Source: Tubulanus polymorphus (lineage: Eukaryota > Animalia > Nemertea). Taken from it: 64,000 nt of DNA. Both the position numbers and the translations under genes were made by a program. The stretch is taken from positions 3,638,778 through 3,702,777 of the forward strand of contig NC_134030.1 of the NCBI RefSeq assembly GCF_964204645.1. The letters run 5' to 3'. A model generated the notes under the pieces. The model ran no database searches, was not told the origin of the DNA, and worked only from the letters and a program-made list of their open reading frames with translations. This document shows positions 1 to 23,894 of the stretch, piece after piece; within the stretch, counting starts at the first letter, position 1; every line of letters begins with the position of its first letter.

Positions 1-1127
1 GCACCGGCGTCCGACTAGATTTAATTCTTTCATTCAATCGGCATCTGTTCGAAAAAGTGACGAGTTCGTTAAAAAATCGACTACCGGATTCACTCGCTAT
101 TGAAATTCTTGTCGTTGTGCGATTAGAACTTTTTGTCGCGTTCAAAATCTGAGGAGGCTATTTTTGGTCGGCCGGAAATCGACGAATAAAAGTGTATTGA
201 AAACTGACCACGAGTTCGACCTGAGTTTCATTGTTTAAACTCGCGTTCCCCGCGACCGACTGACCACGAGTTCTGTTGTTCTCGACGGACAAAAAAGCCT
301 TTAAAAATGTTTTTGTTGCCATTTATTCTTTTTTTCTATTTCGAATCATGTCCAGTTATTTTTTTCTTTTCGTTTGAAAGGATTTCGGTGACAGAATGTC
401 AGGTGTGCGACATTTTTTTGCTTGATTTTATTGAATAGAAGCGTTGTGTTCTGATTGCCGCGAGCTAGGTTTCTGATTTTCACTACGTCTGTGTCACAGA
501 CAGAACGCTTAAGTATGAAAAATGATTTTACGATATAAGTTGAATAACCTGAAAATTTAGCCGCTTCTGAACAACATCATTTCAGCTGTTCATTAAGAGC
601 TGTCAACAGAGGTGAAATGTGTGGGAATTCAAGAGGAAACTTTTTCCGTGTATCAAATTTCATTTTTAAGGGTACACCTTGTGTTTTTTTTAATTTAACA
701 CTTCAGCAACCATTCACCTAGTTGACCACGATTGAAATCGGTTCATATTTTCAAGCTTTTTAGGAGAGTTAAATTTATGGTATTGAATTTAGGCAGCGAA
801 AACATCTGACTTTATAACTATATTAATTGAATGGTATTATGTTTGATCAACTTTTTTGCACTGCTAATATATATCCAGGGGTTCTTTGTACGTGACCTGG
901 TGACTTACATGCTACAGTACGAAAAAGTTGGCGTGCAAAATTAATTTTCATATATTTAAAACTATATAGAGGCAAATTTAATTCAGGACCCAGCTTAATC
1001 ACAATTGTCGAAGGGATTAAACCGATTTGAGGGTTAATGTTTTACAGCGACTGAGCCTAGAACTGTGGAACTAGCGTGAAACTGAATCGCGGAGATTATA
1101 TGAATATTTTTATACAAATATTTTTAG

Positions 1128-6467
<5,340 letters not shown>

Positions 6468-9400
6468 CGTCGAAATACATCGTAGGCGCATTCGTATTAT
6501 TTATATATATATATAAATATATATAAGTATAGATAGATATCTATATAAAACAAACATACAAAAAATGTACATATTGAAAATACTGAAAAATATAATATAA
6601 ATCGCTATGTTTTTGTAGTTGCGGATGATTATTATTAAAACGGAGTGAGTGAACGAACGTGCGACGGTTTGATCTCGGTCGGATTTCGGCTGACCGTGTG
6701 TGCTTAATCCTTCTAGATAAAACGTACCTGAAAACGCCATTTTCTCCAGTCGCCCGTGGGTGTATGAGGAGAGTTTCGCAATAAATCGTTAATTTAAACG
6801 CACGATTTGCTCTTCTCGTTAAAAAATCATCATCGACAACGACTAAAAGTGCTTGCGCTGTCGCATTGGCGGCCGGTTTTTCTTTTTACACTATGCAAGT
6901 TGGTAGTTGGAGTAGCGGCGTGTTTATCCAGCGCTGGTGGTAGATCAATGCTGGCCTTTGATTTATTATATTCGCTACGAAATTGAACTGTGACGATAGT
7001 GACTCGCGCAATGATACGCTGGGCTTACGTTGTTTTAAACCGCGATCTTGAAAGTCGAAAAATAGTTACGCAGATGGATCGCCAGATCGTTTCTTCATCT
7101 CGAAAATTGGAGAAAAAAAGTATAATTTCTGCCGCGAATACCGGTAATCATCTCGTCGAGAAAAAATTCAATGATTTGAATTTCGCCTTCGTTTGGCTTC
7201 GATACCAGACTAAAGAAAGGTGCGTGGCGAAGACGTGCTAATTACCGATAAAACGCTCATCGGGCGTTTTTTTTTATTTTTTTTAAATATAACTTCATGT
7301 TTTACTCAAATGTGTTTTTAACTGAAGCAATTTTATTGTTACATGAAGCATCAAGGGTCACTTCGATGGCTCGGAATTGTTCGGTATGCATCCTTTTAGG
7401 TTTTAGATTTATGATTTTAACTCACGCGTCTCGTAGGAATATCTAAAGAGAAAATGCAGGTTTATTGTCCTCCGTTCCTATTGAAAGTTTTTGCGATAAT
7501 GGTAAAAAGAAAATCACATTATTGTTTTTAATTCGTTTTTGGAAAATAACGTCCATGTTTTTATACACCGTGTAAAAAGGTCTCTCGATGTACCGTAATC
7601 GGTAATTTACTAAAACGTAAAATTTGAAAACGAATGGATTTTAATCGCTATTATTTCATCCCATGCAAGAAAGGTATAACATTATATATGTACAGAAGGC
7701 GACTGAGAGAAAAAAACAGGTTGCGATTTCGTCCCGATCCGGGGCGAAATACGCAACGGGGATATCTTACTGAAAAACTGGTAGAACGATTGTGCACGCA
7801 TGGTCAGTGGGTATCTGTACCTACTGCATTAATGGGCACCCAGTGTAAATCCTACTATTCTATAGAACTCTGATTTCAACTCTGTTAAAGGCAGGTTTTG
7901 ATTGGTCCCTACCAATTCCGGAATTCTAAGAATACGCTCTACCTATTCTGGAATAGCATAATGTGTAAACCCGTTAGATGCAGTCAGTTGAGAGAGTGTG
8001 TTATCAGGAATACCTGCAATCGAACCTTGCTAAGAAATCTTTAATAAAATCTTTTAACATAATGTCTACTTCTTGACAATTTTATGTCACTAAATTTAGA
8101 TTCATTCAAAATTCCCCTAAAAACCCCTCTGTAGCAATTTTGATGGTCAATCACTTTACTCTGAAGAAATTTGCGTCTTGATTAAGTCATAAAATGATGA
8201 ATATCACAGGGTTACTGGGTTCCCATTAGCTGAATGATGTTTTCGTATGAAGTGTAAAGTTTTTCCAGTTAAAATTGAGGTCAGTTTTAAAAGTTATATG
8301 GAACAGAATATTTTCTGGGAAAATTTGTTGGAAACGAAAAACTAACGGCAGAAAATTGTCGAAAAACTTTACACGTGGCCGATTGAAGGGTGAATATTCG
8401 TGTAAATAGGGAATGATTGATATTAGATATTTTAAATACGAGAATTTACATAATGTGCTGGTTATCATTGTATAGAAAACTGTATAAAGTGTACCAGGTT
8501 AAAAAAAAAGATTGAATGATTTCGAAGCCGGCATTTCAAAGGTTTGTCACCTTCGTTGTGACTCGTAGAAGAAGAAAAACAAAAAATGATGAATGCTGTT
8601 ACATAGATTACACACAAATTACTACGTATATTGCGTTCTTTGAAATATCGCTTCAAAATTGTTTGATGTGTTTGTGAATCTAGCGTTATTCAGCTAGGCT
8701 TGTTCTTAGTGAATCATGTGAGGACTGCGTTTTTACCCGAGGTTTGATTACAAACGCAGTAACTTATTTCCGGAAACGGTAACCCCGCGAAAAATGCTGA
8801 TACGAAAGTGGATTTCCTGTCTAAAGAATATTCTTTAAAATTGTGGCCAAAATTTTGAATCTTTTTCTGTCGTCAACATAGATCAAATTGCTTATCTAAT
8901 CTGAAAATCTGTCCGGCGAAAATTCTCTCTTTCCTCGTCGGTAATAATGATGATGATATTGATGATGTGTGGCTAAGCTGTAAATGATTCCCGTGTCTAA
9001 TTTCATTTCAGTTGTTGCGTTCAAATTCAGAAATTTTTCTCGAAAAAGAACATCGATTATAAGCTGACGGTTAGACTACTCACAAGCAGTCGTCTCTTCC
9101 ATATTGTTATTTCACGGTTGTCGATGCATGCGCATGTTCAAATTATTAGTTTTATGTGTAGAAAGTTGAAAACGAAATGTACATGTACTCCGTGTGCATT
9201 TCGTGTAGAGCAGGTACATGTGCATGTATATGTATGTACATAGAAATATATAAATATTACCACGATTGTAACTTGATGTGTACATATTCTATAGAACGTA
9301 TTATTTATTGGGTGAGAGTGACTTTTCATGACGACCGTCTAGAGTGTAGACGAGCGTAGACATTCAGTGCATTGCGATTGATGATTCTACACTTGCTCTA

Positions 9401-12400
9401 CACTAGGCGGCGTTCTTGTATATGTGTGTTAATTAGTAGATCTTCGCGCTGCCTCTTCTTTTAATTCTCATGTCATATGTCATTTCATTCCGTCAAACGA
9501 CAATTTCTCAGGTCAATAAAATGAGAAATCCGATTTTTCGAAAAATTTTGATATAAATGGTATTTACCTCAATCCAGTTTCAAGAACCATAAATTAAAAC
9601 AAGTTTTATGCAACCTTCGATGAAATCAATTTGATGCAATTATGATAAGCTGCGTGAAACTGTGTCCGATGCCGGTTATATTAGAACTGTCAAAATGATG
9701 CCACTGTGCTATTACAGTAAACCTTGCTTTATTCGGACAAACTTGGACCGGCAAAAATTGGTCCGAGGTAAATGAAAGTCAGGAGTTAAGGCTAGGAAAA
9801 TATGTTAGCAAGTCACAAAAATGATTTCCTTTTTGTCGGAGTAATTCAAAAATACGAGTTGGCCATGTCCGAGTAGGGCGAGGTTTACTGTACCTTTAGA
9901 TAAAACTTCTGAGAAATTGTCCTCAAAAATCAACAGAAATTTTATTTGCAGGAAAACCTGGCTGAGGTTTTCCTGTTTATTGTACATTTGAAATACCTTA
10001 ATTCTGAAAATAAATTTGTTCATCCTCCCTTCATATTCATCTTTTCATTTTATATCCTTTCTCTTTGGTTTTTGTTTTTAATCAAAAGAGGCACGTTTTC
10101 AAACGACATACGAGGCTCATGAACTTGTGAACAGCGAAAAGTTTCAAATCTGAATGCTGAAAAACTGGATTCGACAAGAACATGCGTTAATAAAGAGTTA
10201 CAAACCATTGGCTTCAAACTACAGTTTCTAGCATTTATTTGAGTCGTATTCATCAACCTAATATGTCATCAAATTCTACCTTCTTGTGATCTTGTGTTCT
10301 ATCGCGTGGTTCGTTTGTGCGTTAGTGAACTATTCAACCGATTTACAGCTTTGACCATAAAACTTAGACAGTTTACAAAATTGAAAAATGTCATAAGAAA
10401 AGGAAAATTGCATTGGCCTGAAACCAGAGGTGCACGCTAGCGCATTTCTGAAAGCGTCTATCAGAACGATTTGTTTTTGAAATTAATTTTGAAAAAAACG
10501 TAACAAACCTGGGTAGAAAAAGCAGTCAGTAGATAAATGTTGATGTCTGATACTATACTATGTACTGTGATTACATGTAAATGTACTACTGCCCCTTATG
10601 ATTGTATACTGTTAAAGGTATATATGTGTACGATCAGAGAGAGAGGGTAAATTGTAAACACTCCGTGCACCGATTAACTGAAAAATTTGTACATAGTATG
10701 AAAAATCTTACATAACTCCTATTTACATGAAGCATACATACATGTAGGTACGTACTACTTGTAACAATGTGTATGTCATTATGGGTGTTGGTGTTTAAAA
10801 AAAAACTTGTCGTAAGTCGTGCATGTAATTTATTGTGACCTTATGACAAAATACGGTAATTTTGCGCTGAAAGAAAAAAACCTGACTTAAGACTGAAGCC
10901 ACGAATTATCAGAATTTGGAAAATGAAAAGTTGAGGATCCTGCGACCTGCATAACACCGGTTTCCAATACGTAGGGATAGGGGCTCTACAGAAGATCATG
11001 TTTGGTGCTCATTTCAGTTGGAATTAATGATGATCCCTGATTTTCCTCCTGTCCTATGACAAATAACTGAGTTTCAGGCATATTGTTGTCAAATAAGGAT
11101 AAAAATGTGGCGTTATTGGTTATGACCGAAGACTATAGTGATTTAAAGATTCTTTCTAGTTGATATCTGTGGTGAGGCTTCTAGCATGAAATTATACGGC
11201 AAATCTTATAAATCTGGACAATATTCTACATGCAAATACTAGAAACCAAGTATTCAAATTCGTATTCCACAATATAAACAGACAGGGCTAAGGCTAAGTG
11301 CTAAAAGATAACAAAATTGTCCTCATTTGATAGGAACAAGGTTTCACTTCATTGCTAATCCATTATTTGAGTGTTCATTGGGTTTGATATATTTTGAATA
11401 TACTGTCCGCTTGTCACTAAGAATACTGCTTCCTTCACTTCCCATCTGTCGCGTTTTTACAACAACATTAAGAAAAGAGCTAGTGTATTTTGTATCATTT
11501 TTCGTAATATTAACCCTGAATTATATCGAAAACAATCATCAGTTTTTTAATGATATGAGAGACATTAGGCTGCGTTCTTATTGGATAGTTTTAGCCCTGT
11601 GTTCAATGAGTGGGGTCAGTTTTTCTCTCTTTTTTAAAAGAAACAGGCATTTTTATACCTAACATTTTACGGGGAATGGTCATTAGAGAGCATATTCACA
11701 AGCGATATCCGAACCGATTACGACAACTGAAGTATTTTCATCTCAAAGACCGTTCCCCCATTTAACATTGTTGGCATTTATGCGGGAAGTTCCATATTTG
11801 TAGTTTAATTGTGTAAGAGGGGGCGATATTTTCAGTAAATGAAAAAAAGGCGAGTATTTTAACAGTGTGTTCTACCATATGTGTAGCTAGGTAACATTAT
11901 ATGCAATGACAATCTGAAAAAATTGTATGTGTGATGCGTGTTCATATATCTGTCTATTGATAGCCAATACTACTATTACTACGTGTACATAATAATTCAT
12001 AATTCTCTCATTACATTTTTTTTGGGTCAGTTTGAGTGGTGTCTGGGTACATTTGAAATGAGCACCGAACATATTCGAGTGGTGAAGCTAGTCGCGAAGC
12101 TACAAACTTGGAAACTTGGAAAGAGCCAATTATTATTTTCACCGGGAACAGGAGACTGGAGGGTCACACGGTAGTAGCCCAATAATGACGCATGCTGAGT
12201 GTTAGCCTTTATGATAATGTGTACTCAGTTTTCCGTGCAGGGATGATTTATCCTTTGATTGTAAATTTTCTCGAATAATTTATTATTTTATAAGTACTGC
12301 TGTACGCAAAAACTACTGGCAAATATGTGGCGAATTCGTTAGACAAACGTTATAGACTCAGTCAGATTCGGGTTTTAATCGATGTGGTTGGTGTTAAATC

Positions 12401-12675
12401 TGCAAGGCATTGATGAAAAAAATTAATCATGTACCGGTATTTCTAACTATAAATGATAACTGAGAAAATGCTGGTTCATCTAAGAAATAGTAAACTGCAT
12501 CCTCAACCTTCTATCACAGGATACCTGAGGATCATTAGGATTGAATTCAATGAAATTGTTTAACCATTTTAGACATTCTTATTTTTATGAAATCTGTTTT
12601 TTATTTTAATTTCGTCTTTTTGTAATATCATTAACCTGAAATAAAAAACAAAAATCAACCTACATTGTTGAAAGG

Positions 12676-12807
12676 CAGGGGCTGGCTGCTCAAAAGTTGG
12701 TCACAGTTAACTGGTGGACAAATGCCAAGTTAACAATGCAAATTCAATCGTCATTATAGCATTTATCCACAGCTTAACTCAACCAAATTTTGAGCAACGG
12801 ACCCCTG
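12676..12807. mobile_element. Short TIR element (MITE), family also at 26795-26933
   Basis: Inverted ends caggggctggctgctcaaaa / ttttgagcaacggacccctg; no coding capacity. Confidence 0.6.
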
Positions 12808-13253
12808 ATGTTATGTACGATTTGCATTGCACTCGAAAAAGTCTGTAGCATCATCTTAATTGGGAGGTTTTTAGTAACGTTTTTAGAGAATGCTTTGTAA
12901 ACTTTAGTCCTTCGCAGCCTTTGAAGCTCGACGAAATAATATTGTAATAGAGTGTTTTTGTGGTTGTGTATGAAATATAATTATGTACGGTATATGCTAT
13001 TTTAAAGGTAGGGAACAGTCAGTGGTTTTTCGGCCTTATACAAATCGCATACATTAATGTATGTAATATCCATGGCTGGTCATTTTGATGTCAATCAACT
13101 TTTTTTGTATGAAATTATACCCAGGGAACTTTGAACGAATCTGGGATTTATGATCAATGAAGAATTTTCTATATACATATATTATTATATATTTTAGGCC
13201 TACATGCCATCATTGCAATGATCATTTCTTGAACTTGTCTCTATCTTTTAAAA

Positions 13254-13406
13254 TCTCTCCCTCTCTCTCTCTATCTCTCTCTCGCTCTCTGAGAATCGTC
13301 TCTCTACTTATATATTGTATTCGTATATGAGGAAACACTTCATTTTATTACAATCATTGAAAATATTTATGATAACGATGATGATGATGATGATGATGAT
13401 GATGAT
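13254..13406. repeat. Microsatellites (CT)n and (ATG)n
   Basis: (CT)n at ~13254-13290 and (GAT)n at ~13377-13406. Confidence 0.9.
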
Positions 13407-14834
13407 ATAATGCAATGATTTGTATTTTAATTTTTGTGCCGAAATTTGTAAAAAAAGAAAAGAAGTACAAACAAAATGTTTCATGGAAAATGACAACGCA
13501 ATGTGTACATATGCGTACGTATATATTCCACGCCTCTATCCTCGCAGACGGTACTACTCCTACCACCTACACATTGAATTCATTGCTCAGAACTGAATTA
13601 TTTTCAAAGTTTATTTCAGCTGCTTATTGCGAAGGAGTATTACATATACAGCTGATGATATATCTGTTTGTATTATTCGTAATAATAGCCGAAAAAACAA
13701 TATTACAAAACAGAAAATATCATCATAACCCATATTTGTATACGCGCGTTTCACAATTGTGGGTTTGATTTGGCTACTGAGTAATTTGATTATTCTGTGC
13801 GGTCGAATTTTAATCCAGAATTGTTCTCAACTTTATCCAAACAACTTCATCATTACAAAGCAACAAGCAAACTCGTAAAACCTACATGATTGACGTAAGT
13901 TTGTACATGTACCCCACATACCGGTGTGGGTAACAGTCTTGCATCACATAGTGAACAACTGAGTAACAACTGAGTCTTTAACATGGAGAAAAAATCATAC
14001 AGATGTCTAAATGAGACACATATTTGCATATGTACAGCATCTACAAACCCTTTGTGCGTATGATCTAATTGAAAAATCACTAATTATTAGTAAATTATGA
14101 GTTCTGTACCTATTATTATGTATATCACATGAAATAAAAATATTCAATTGATAAAACATTCTGTCTTCATTTTGTAGGGATTGTTTTTTTTTTCGAAGGT
14201 TCTTTTTAACAATTGGAGATTTTCCCTATACTCTAGTGACAAAAAAACTGCTGCAAAATAACCCATAGCCAAGACGTTTAGTCTAAAAGGGGAAAGTGAG
14301 ACACCTTGCTGTAACTGGAACACAAACATTACCCCTATCTCTTGCTCATTCATAACCCTTAACCTAGTGACTTGAACCGGCACCACAAGCTTTCTCACTA
14401 TACAACTGTTCTATCGTGACAGTGAGACTAGTAGTGCGGTAAGCATTCATGTGGTGACCTGTCAGGTGTGGTGAGTGACTGATTGTCAAACACTCACTAA
14501 TACCGCACAATAGTAAACATATACCGGTACGAAAATATTAATACACTATTATTTCCTTAATTCCAATTCATAAATCTATCTTTGAGGTTGGGACTTTTTT
14601 AGGACTACATAGCAGAGATGCGTATTGAAATGTTGCCAGTATATCACATGTCATAAAAGATAAGATCATTCAACCGTTGAGAATGCGGCGGAAGAAAAAA
14701 GACTCAGTTGATATAGATTTATTCAGACGATGGGATACAAAAATAAATTTTCTCTCATACATTTAGATAAATGGTAAACAAACTTTCAGTATAACAGCTT
14801 TTTGGACGGATTGAGTATTCATGTCTCCAACTTT

Positions 14835-16333
14835 TTAGTCAGGATCTTGTCCAGTTGGGTCGGGTCCTTGAGGTTTCCTAACAAGACTGCGTCTAGAAAG
14901 AAAGGAAAGAATGGTTTGAAGTATGGTTAACAGATACCGTATTGGGTAGATCCTGACCGGCTTAATCATATCTTACAGCAATGCATTTGCCTGAGTGAGT
15001 TCCATAAGCTTGCTTTCAGTTTTTGCCATCCATTCGCGATATTTCTCACCGAAAGATTCTTGAACCTACAAACGTTGAGATGAGAAAATATTGCATAAGG
15101 AGAATTGTTTCACTTTACAGTAAACATACAATGTATATCCATTCTACACTAGCACAATATTACGATAAAACAGATGAATATTTGATTGATTTCATACAGG
15201 TAACCGTAAACAGTTTCCGAAGTACCTTTCGTTTATAAGTCTCTTCCATTTCACACCATTTAGCTTCTTTGACACTCAATTCAGTGATTAACTCTTCAAT
15301 ACGACTGACATGTTCCTGATTCTGAACTTGCAAAACTGATTTATCCTCTTCGAGAAGTTTCACTTGAGTTTTCAAGGTGTGAATTTCCATTTCATGAAAG
15401 CGGCATTCGTCAGAATTGTTCTAGAATTAGGTTATGTACATGTAGAAATCTTAAACTCACCTTTCCATGAAAATTCATTCATAGAGATTTATCAACGTTT
15501 TGACTATATTCTAGTGCCCTGAAGATGACTATAAAGGATCCACTCAAGGAAACTCATTTATCTTCAATATTGTGGGATTTTGTCATACCTCGTTCTGTTG
15601 TTGTTGTTTTTTAAGGTTTTCAACTTCGAAGGAGAATTTTTCCCGCAATTCTTTCAGTTCATTTTGATATTTTTTCTCGAGTTCAGATAATTTCCGTTCA
15701 GCCTCGGTCGACTTCTGTTTCCACTCTCGCAACTCTATTTCGAGTTCTCTAATTCTTGGGTCATTACTAGGCTTTGAATCTCTGTAATGGGGACACAGAA
15801 ATTATATTTTCAATCAACAGCAAGTGAGGGATGAAGGCTGTTTACTAAAATTTACCTTCTACCCATATTCGGGGCCTGAATATTTACAACTTCTCGCTCT
15901 CGTTTTAAAATAGTAGTATTCTTAGCTTTACGCAGTTCATCCAACCTTTTTTTGAGACTGGATACTTCAGTTTCGAGCTACAATTAAACAAAAAATTACA
16001 ATTTCAAACTTTGTGGAGTTTTTAAATAGGCCTACACATGTAGGCTAATTGCAATAAGTATGCGAAGGCAAAGGTACAATTAGGCTATGTGATATGATTT
16101 AAAATAATGCTGATCAAAAGGTAGGAATTTTCAATTCTCAATCTCACTGAAGGTAAAGCAAGTAGGATTGAAAGCAGCAAATTGAAGGATTGAATACTGG
16201 TGGGGCATCCCTACAACAAGGGTACAAGATTCGATCTACTCACTTCTCTGATTCGATCTTTCAACAGCTCCTCATTCGCTCTTGAGTTTCGGCGCTCATT
16301 GATGCTATCACTCGACTGTCTTCTGGTTGACAT
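14835..16333 (-). CDS. Uncharacterised coiled-coil protein, 248 aa, 6 exons
   Basis: Exons 16333-16244, 15977-15856, 15781-15589, 15420-15226, 15065-14977, 14892-14835, all GT-AG, total 747 nt in frame: MSTRRQSS...LETEVSSLKKRLDELRKAKNTTILKRERE...ELITELSVKEAKWCEMEE...GEKYREWMAKTESKL...DPD*. Rich in E/K/L heptads. Confidence 0.88.
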
Positions 16334-16549
16334 TTTGTGTGTCTTATAAGACGTGTTGGTTGCTTGCTTGTACTTTTTCACATGTAATCTGAAATTTGAT
16401 TCCACAAGAGAGAGTTCAACAGGTGTCCATGCCACAGGGGCCTGACACAAAAAGATTTTGACCCTGCAGCTTCCAAAAATACCAATAATTTTCCATTCAG
16501 GAGCTTGATATTCTAACATACCTGAAAAGGTTACTGCCTACAGAAATAC

Positions 16550-16890
16550 TCACATTTTATGATCCTATACATTTGTGACGATTAATGCGCTTCTAGAGCG
16601 CTGCTAATCGGACGTTTTTCTGCCCAGTTACGAAAACGCATGTAATCTGTCAAATTCTACATGTCAAACACATGTGACATGTGGTGCGACCTTCACCGAC
16701 TCTAGAAAATACAATTCACGACCAAAAGTGAAATTATTGCATATGAAATATCATAAACTGAAACAAAATTGAAAATAAAGGCTAATTTGTACTACATTAG
16801 TGGTTAATTTCGACCGGTATTATTTCGGTTTCCTTTCTTCCCCAAATTCATTAGCATACACGACGGCCATATTGGACTTTGTGTTGGTGA
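16550..16890. promoter_or_regulatory. Probable bidirectional promoter between the coiled-coil gene and DDX6
   Basis: Divergent genes. A minus-strand donor (gtgagt) lies near 16553 and a plus-strand donor (ttg|gtgagt) near 16886, just after a YY1-like GCCATATT. This implies non-coding first exons ~330 bp apart. Inference; no transcript data. Confidence 0.5.
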
Positions 16891-17530
16891 GTTCTGTGAA
16901 TTTCAATCGAATAAATCGGCTTCCATCCGTCGACATAATATACTTTACACCTTACAACCCATTTTAAACGAAACTACGACATTTGATTGTCGAAATTCTT
17001 GAAGAACGGTTGAGATTCGGTGGCGATATTTGCTTCAGTAATGCCCGAACTGAATAATGGCCGGTTCTTAGGGTTGTGAAGGAGGGCTTCATTTCTTAAC
17101 CTCGAATACTTAGAATTCACTGGTATCCTTTGCTCAGTCCATTACCAAAATGGGATTTTAAATCATTTTAAGTTTAAGTGTCCTGATAAGCCTCCAATAC
17201 CCTTAACCATCCCATGTATTCAACCATTTATTCACAAGGCTTGTTGAATTGAGCTGAGGAGTGAGATGAATTGTCCCGGCCCCAGCCTCTCGTAGAGACC
17301 CCTTCTGGTCCATGTAAACTGTTTTCAAAATGTAAAGGAAACTCTGGGAAATTTGTTTGGGTTGCTGCTAGTAGGCTTGATAGAGCCTCCCGGGGGTGGA
17401 TTGAATAGCAGGATTGACGAGGCACCTCCCCCCTAAACTAAAGTATCTAAAGTTGTTCTAAGCCTAGGTTGATATCAAGGCGGGTTCAATGATGAAACGT
17501 ATTCCGGTTTAGAAATAAATAACTCTCTAC

Positions 17531-17869
17531 CATCCTCCCTCTGCAGGGACTCGAACCTGATGGCATCGCTACACTCAGCCACGGCACGAACCCCTGCATC
17601 AGTAGACCGGGTGCGCAGGTACATGCGCAGCTTTCCGAACGAAAACTGGCGGCACCAATCAGATTGCTCGTTGTATAATCGTTGAGGCAAATTTCAAGGA
17701 AGAACTATAAATGGGAAAACCCGGGCTAAAATAAAACGGGATTTCTGATTGGCTAAAAATCACATCATCTGAACTGCGCATGTATCTGCGCACACGGTCG
17801 ATTATGGCAGGGTTTCGTGCCCTGGCAATCTCGATGCCATCAGGTTCGAATCCCTGCCGGGGGAGGATG
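17531..17869. mobile_element. Non-autonomous DNA transposon with ~38-bp TIRs and a 9-bp TSD (MULE- or AcademH-like)
   Basis: TIRs catcctccctctgcagggactcgaacctgatggcatcg / cgatgccatcaggttcgaatccctgccgggggaggatg, flanked by an exact ACTCTCTAC duplication (17522-17530, 17870-17878). Confidence 0.85.
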
Positions 17870-18126
17870 ACTCTCTACAGGTCACTTCAACTAGGTTCAC
17901 TACAGATTGCACTAGGCCTATTGTGAAATATGCAGAGCGTATTTTGGTCGAAACCGACACGCACCAGGAGAATTTCAGAATCAGTAGAAACTGATCAAAC
18001 CTGCCTAAATGTTTGGCGTCCTCTGCCCCTTGTTGGAATGAATAAACAATACGTGTTTCTGCATTTTTTCAGCAGGTGAATTTTATGACTGTAGATTGTG
18101 TTTATAAACGACATATCGCGTCCTAA

Positions 18127-23441
<5,315 letters not shown>

Positions 23442-23863
23442 ATAACACACGACAACGGATAAAATAAAACCCCGGACCGAATTGAAATGGACTTAAATGC
23501 GTTGCTCTCATTCCCGTCAAAAATAATCATTATTGCGTCCGCTCGTTTTCATTAGTCGCGATTATCATTTCATCATCATCATCATCATTCATTAATCATC
23601 ATTTCATCGTTCATCATTTTCATAATCTTCATTATCATCATTTGTCATCGCGGTTCAAAACATTGTCATCTTCGTCACAACAGCAGCAGCAGCAACAACG
23701 GAGGATATGGATTTGATAAACTCTATTAATACGTCGTTTGTTTCTCTGACCCGACAATATGAATAACCGTTAATCCGTGGTGAGACTCGTCGAAACGTTG
23801 CGTAACGCATGAGTTGTTTACGTTACCAGTACAATGAACGAAGTTATATATATACATATATAT

Positions 23864-23894
<31 letters not shown>

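Noticed and set aside
6501-14400. Numerous 60-120 aa ORFs here and in 23800-31200
   Set aside because: Low-complexity, AT-rich, no recognisable motifs or consistent splice structure; expected by chance.
14380-14530. H/ACA-like two-hairpin fold with ANANNA and ACA
   Set aside because: The first hairpin is weak with no symmetric pocket, and there is no host intron; not supportable without a covariance search.
15515-15560. Other CTGA(A/T)GA hammerhead-like starts (also ~40270, ~49550 and ~54550 regions)
   Set aside because: No stem II followed by GAAA and no stem I pairing.
17840-17860. tRNA gene (GGTTCGAATCCC)
   Set aside because: No cloverleaf or acceptor stem; the motif lies within a transposon TIR.
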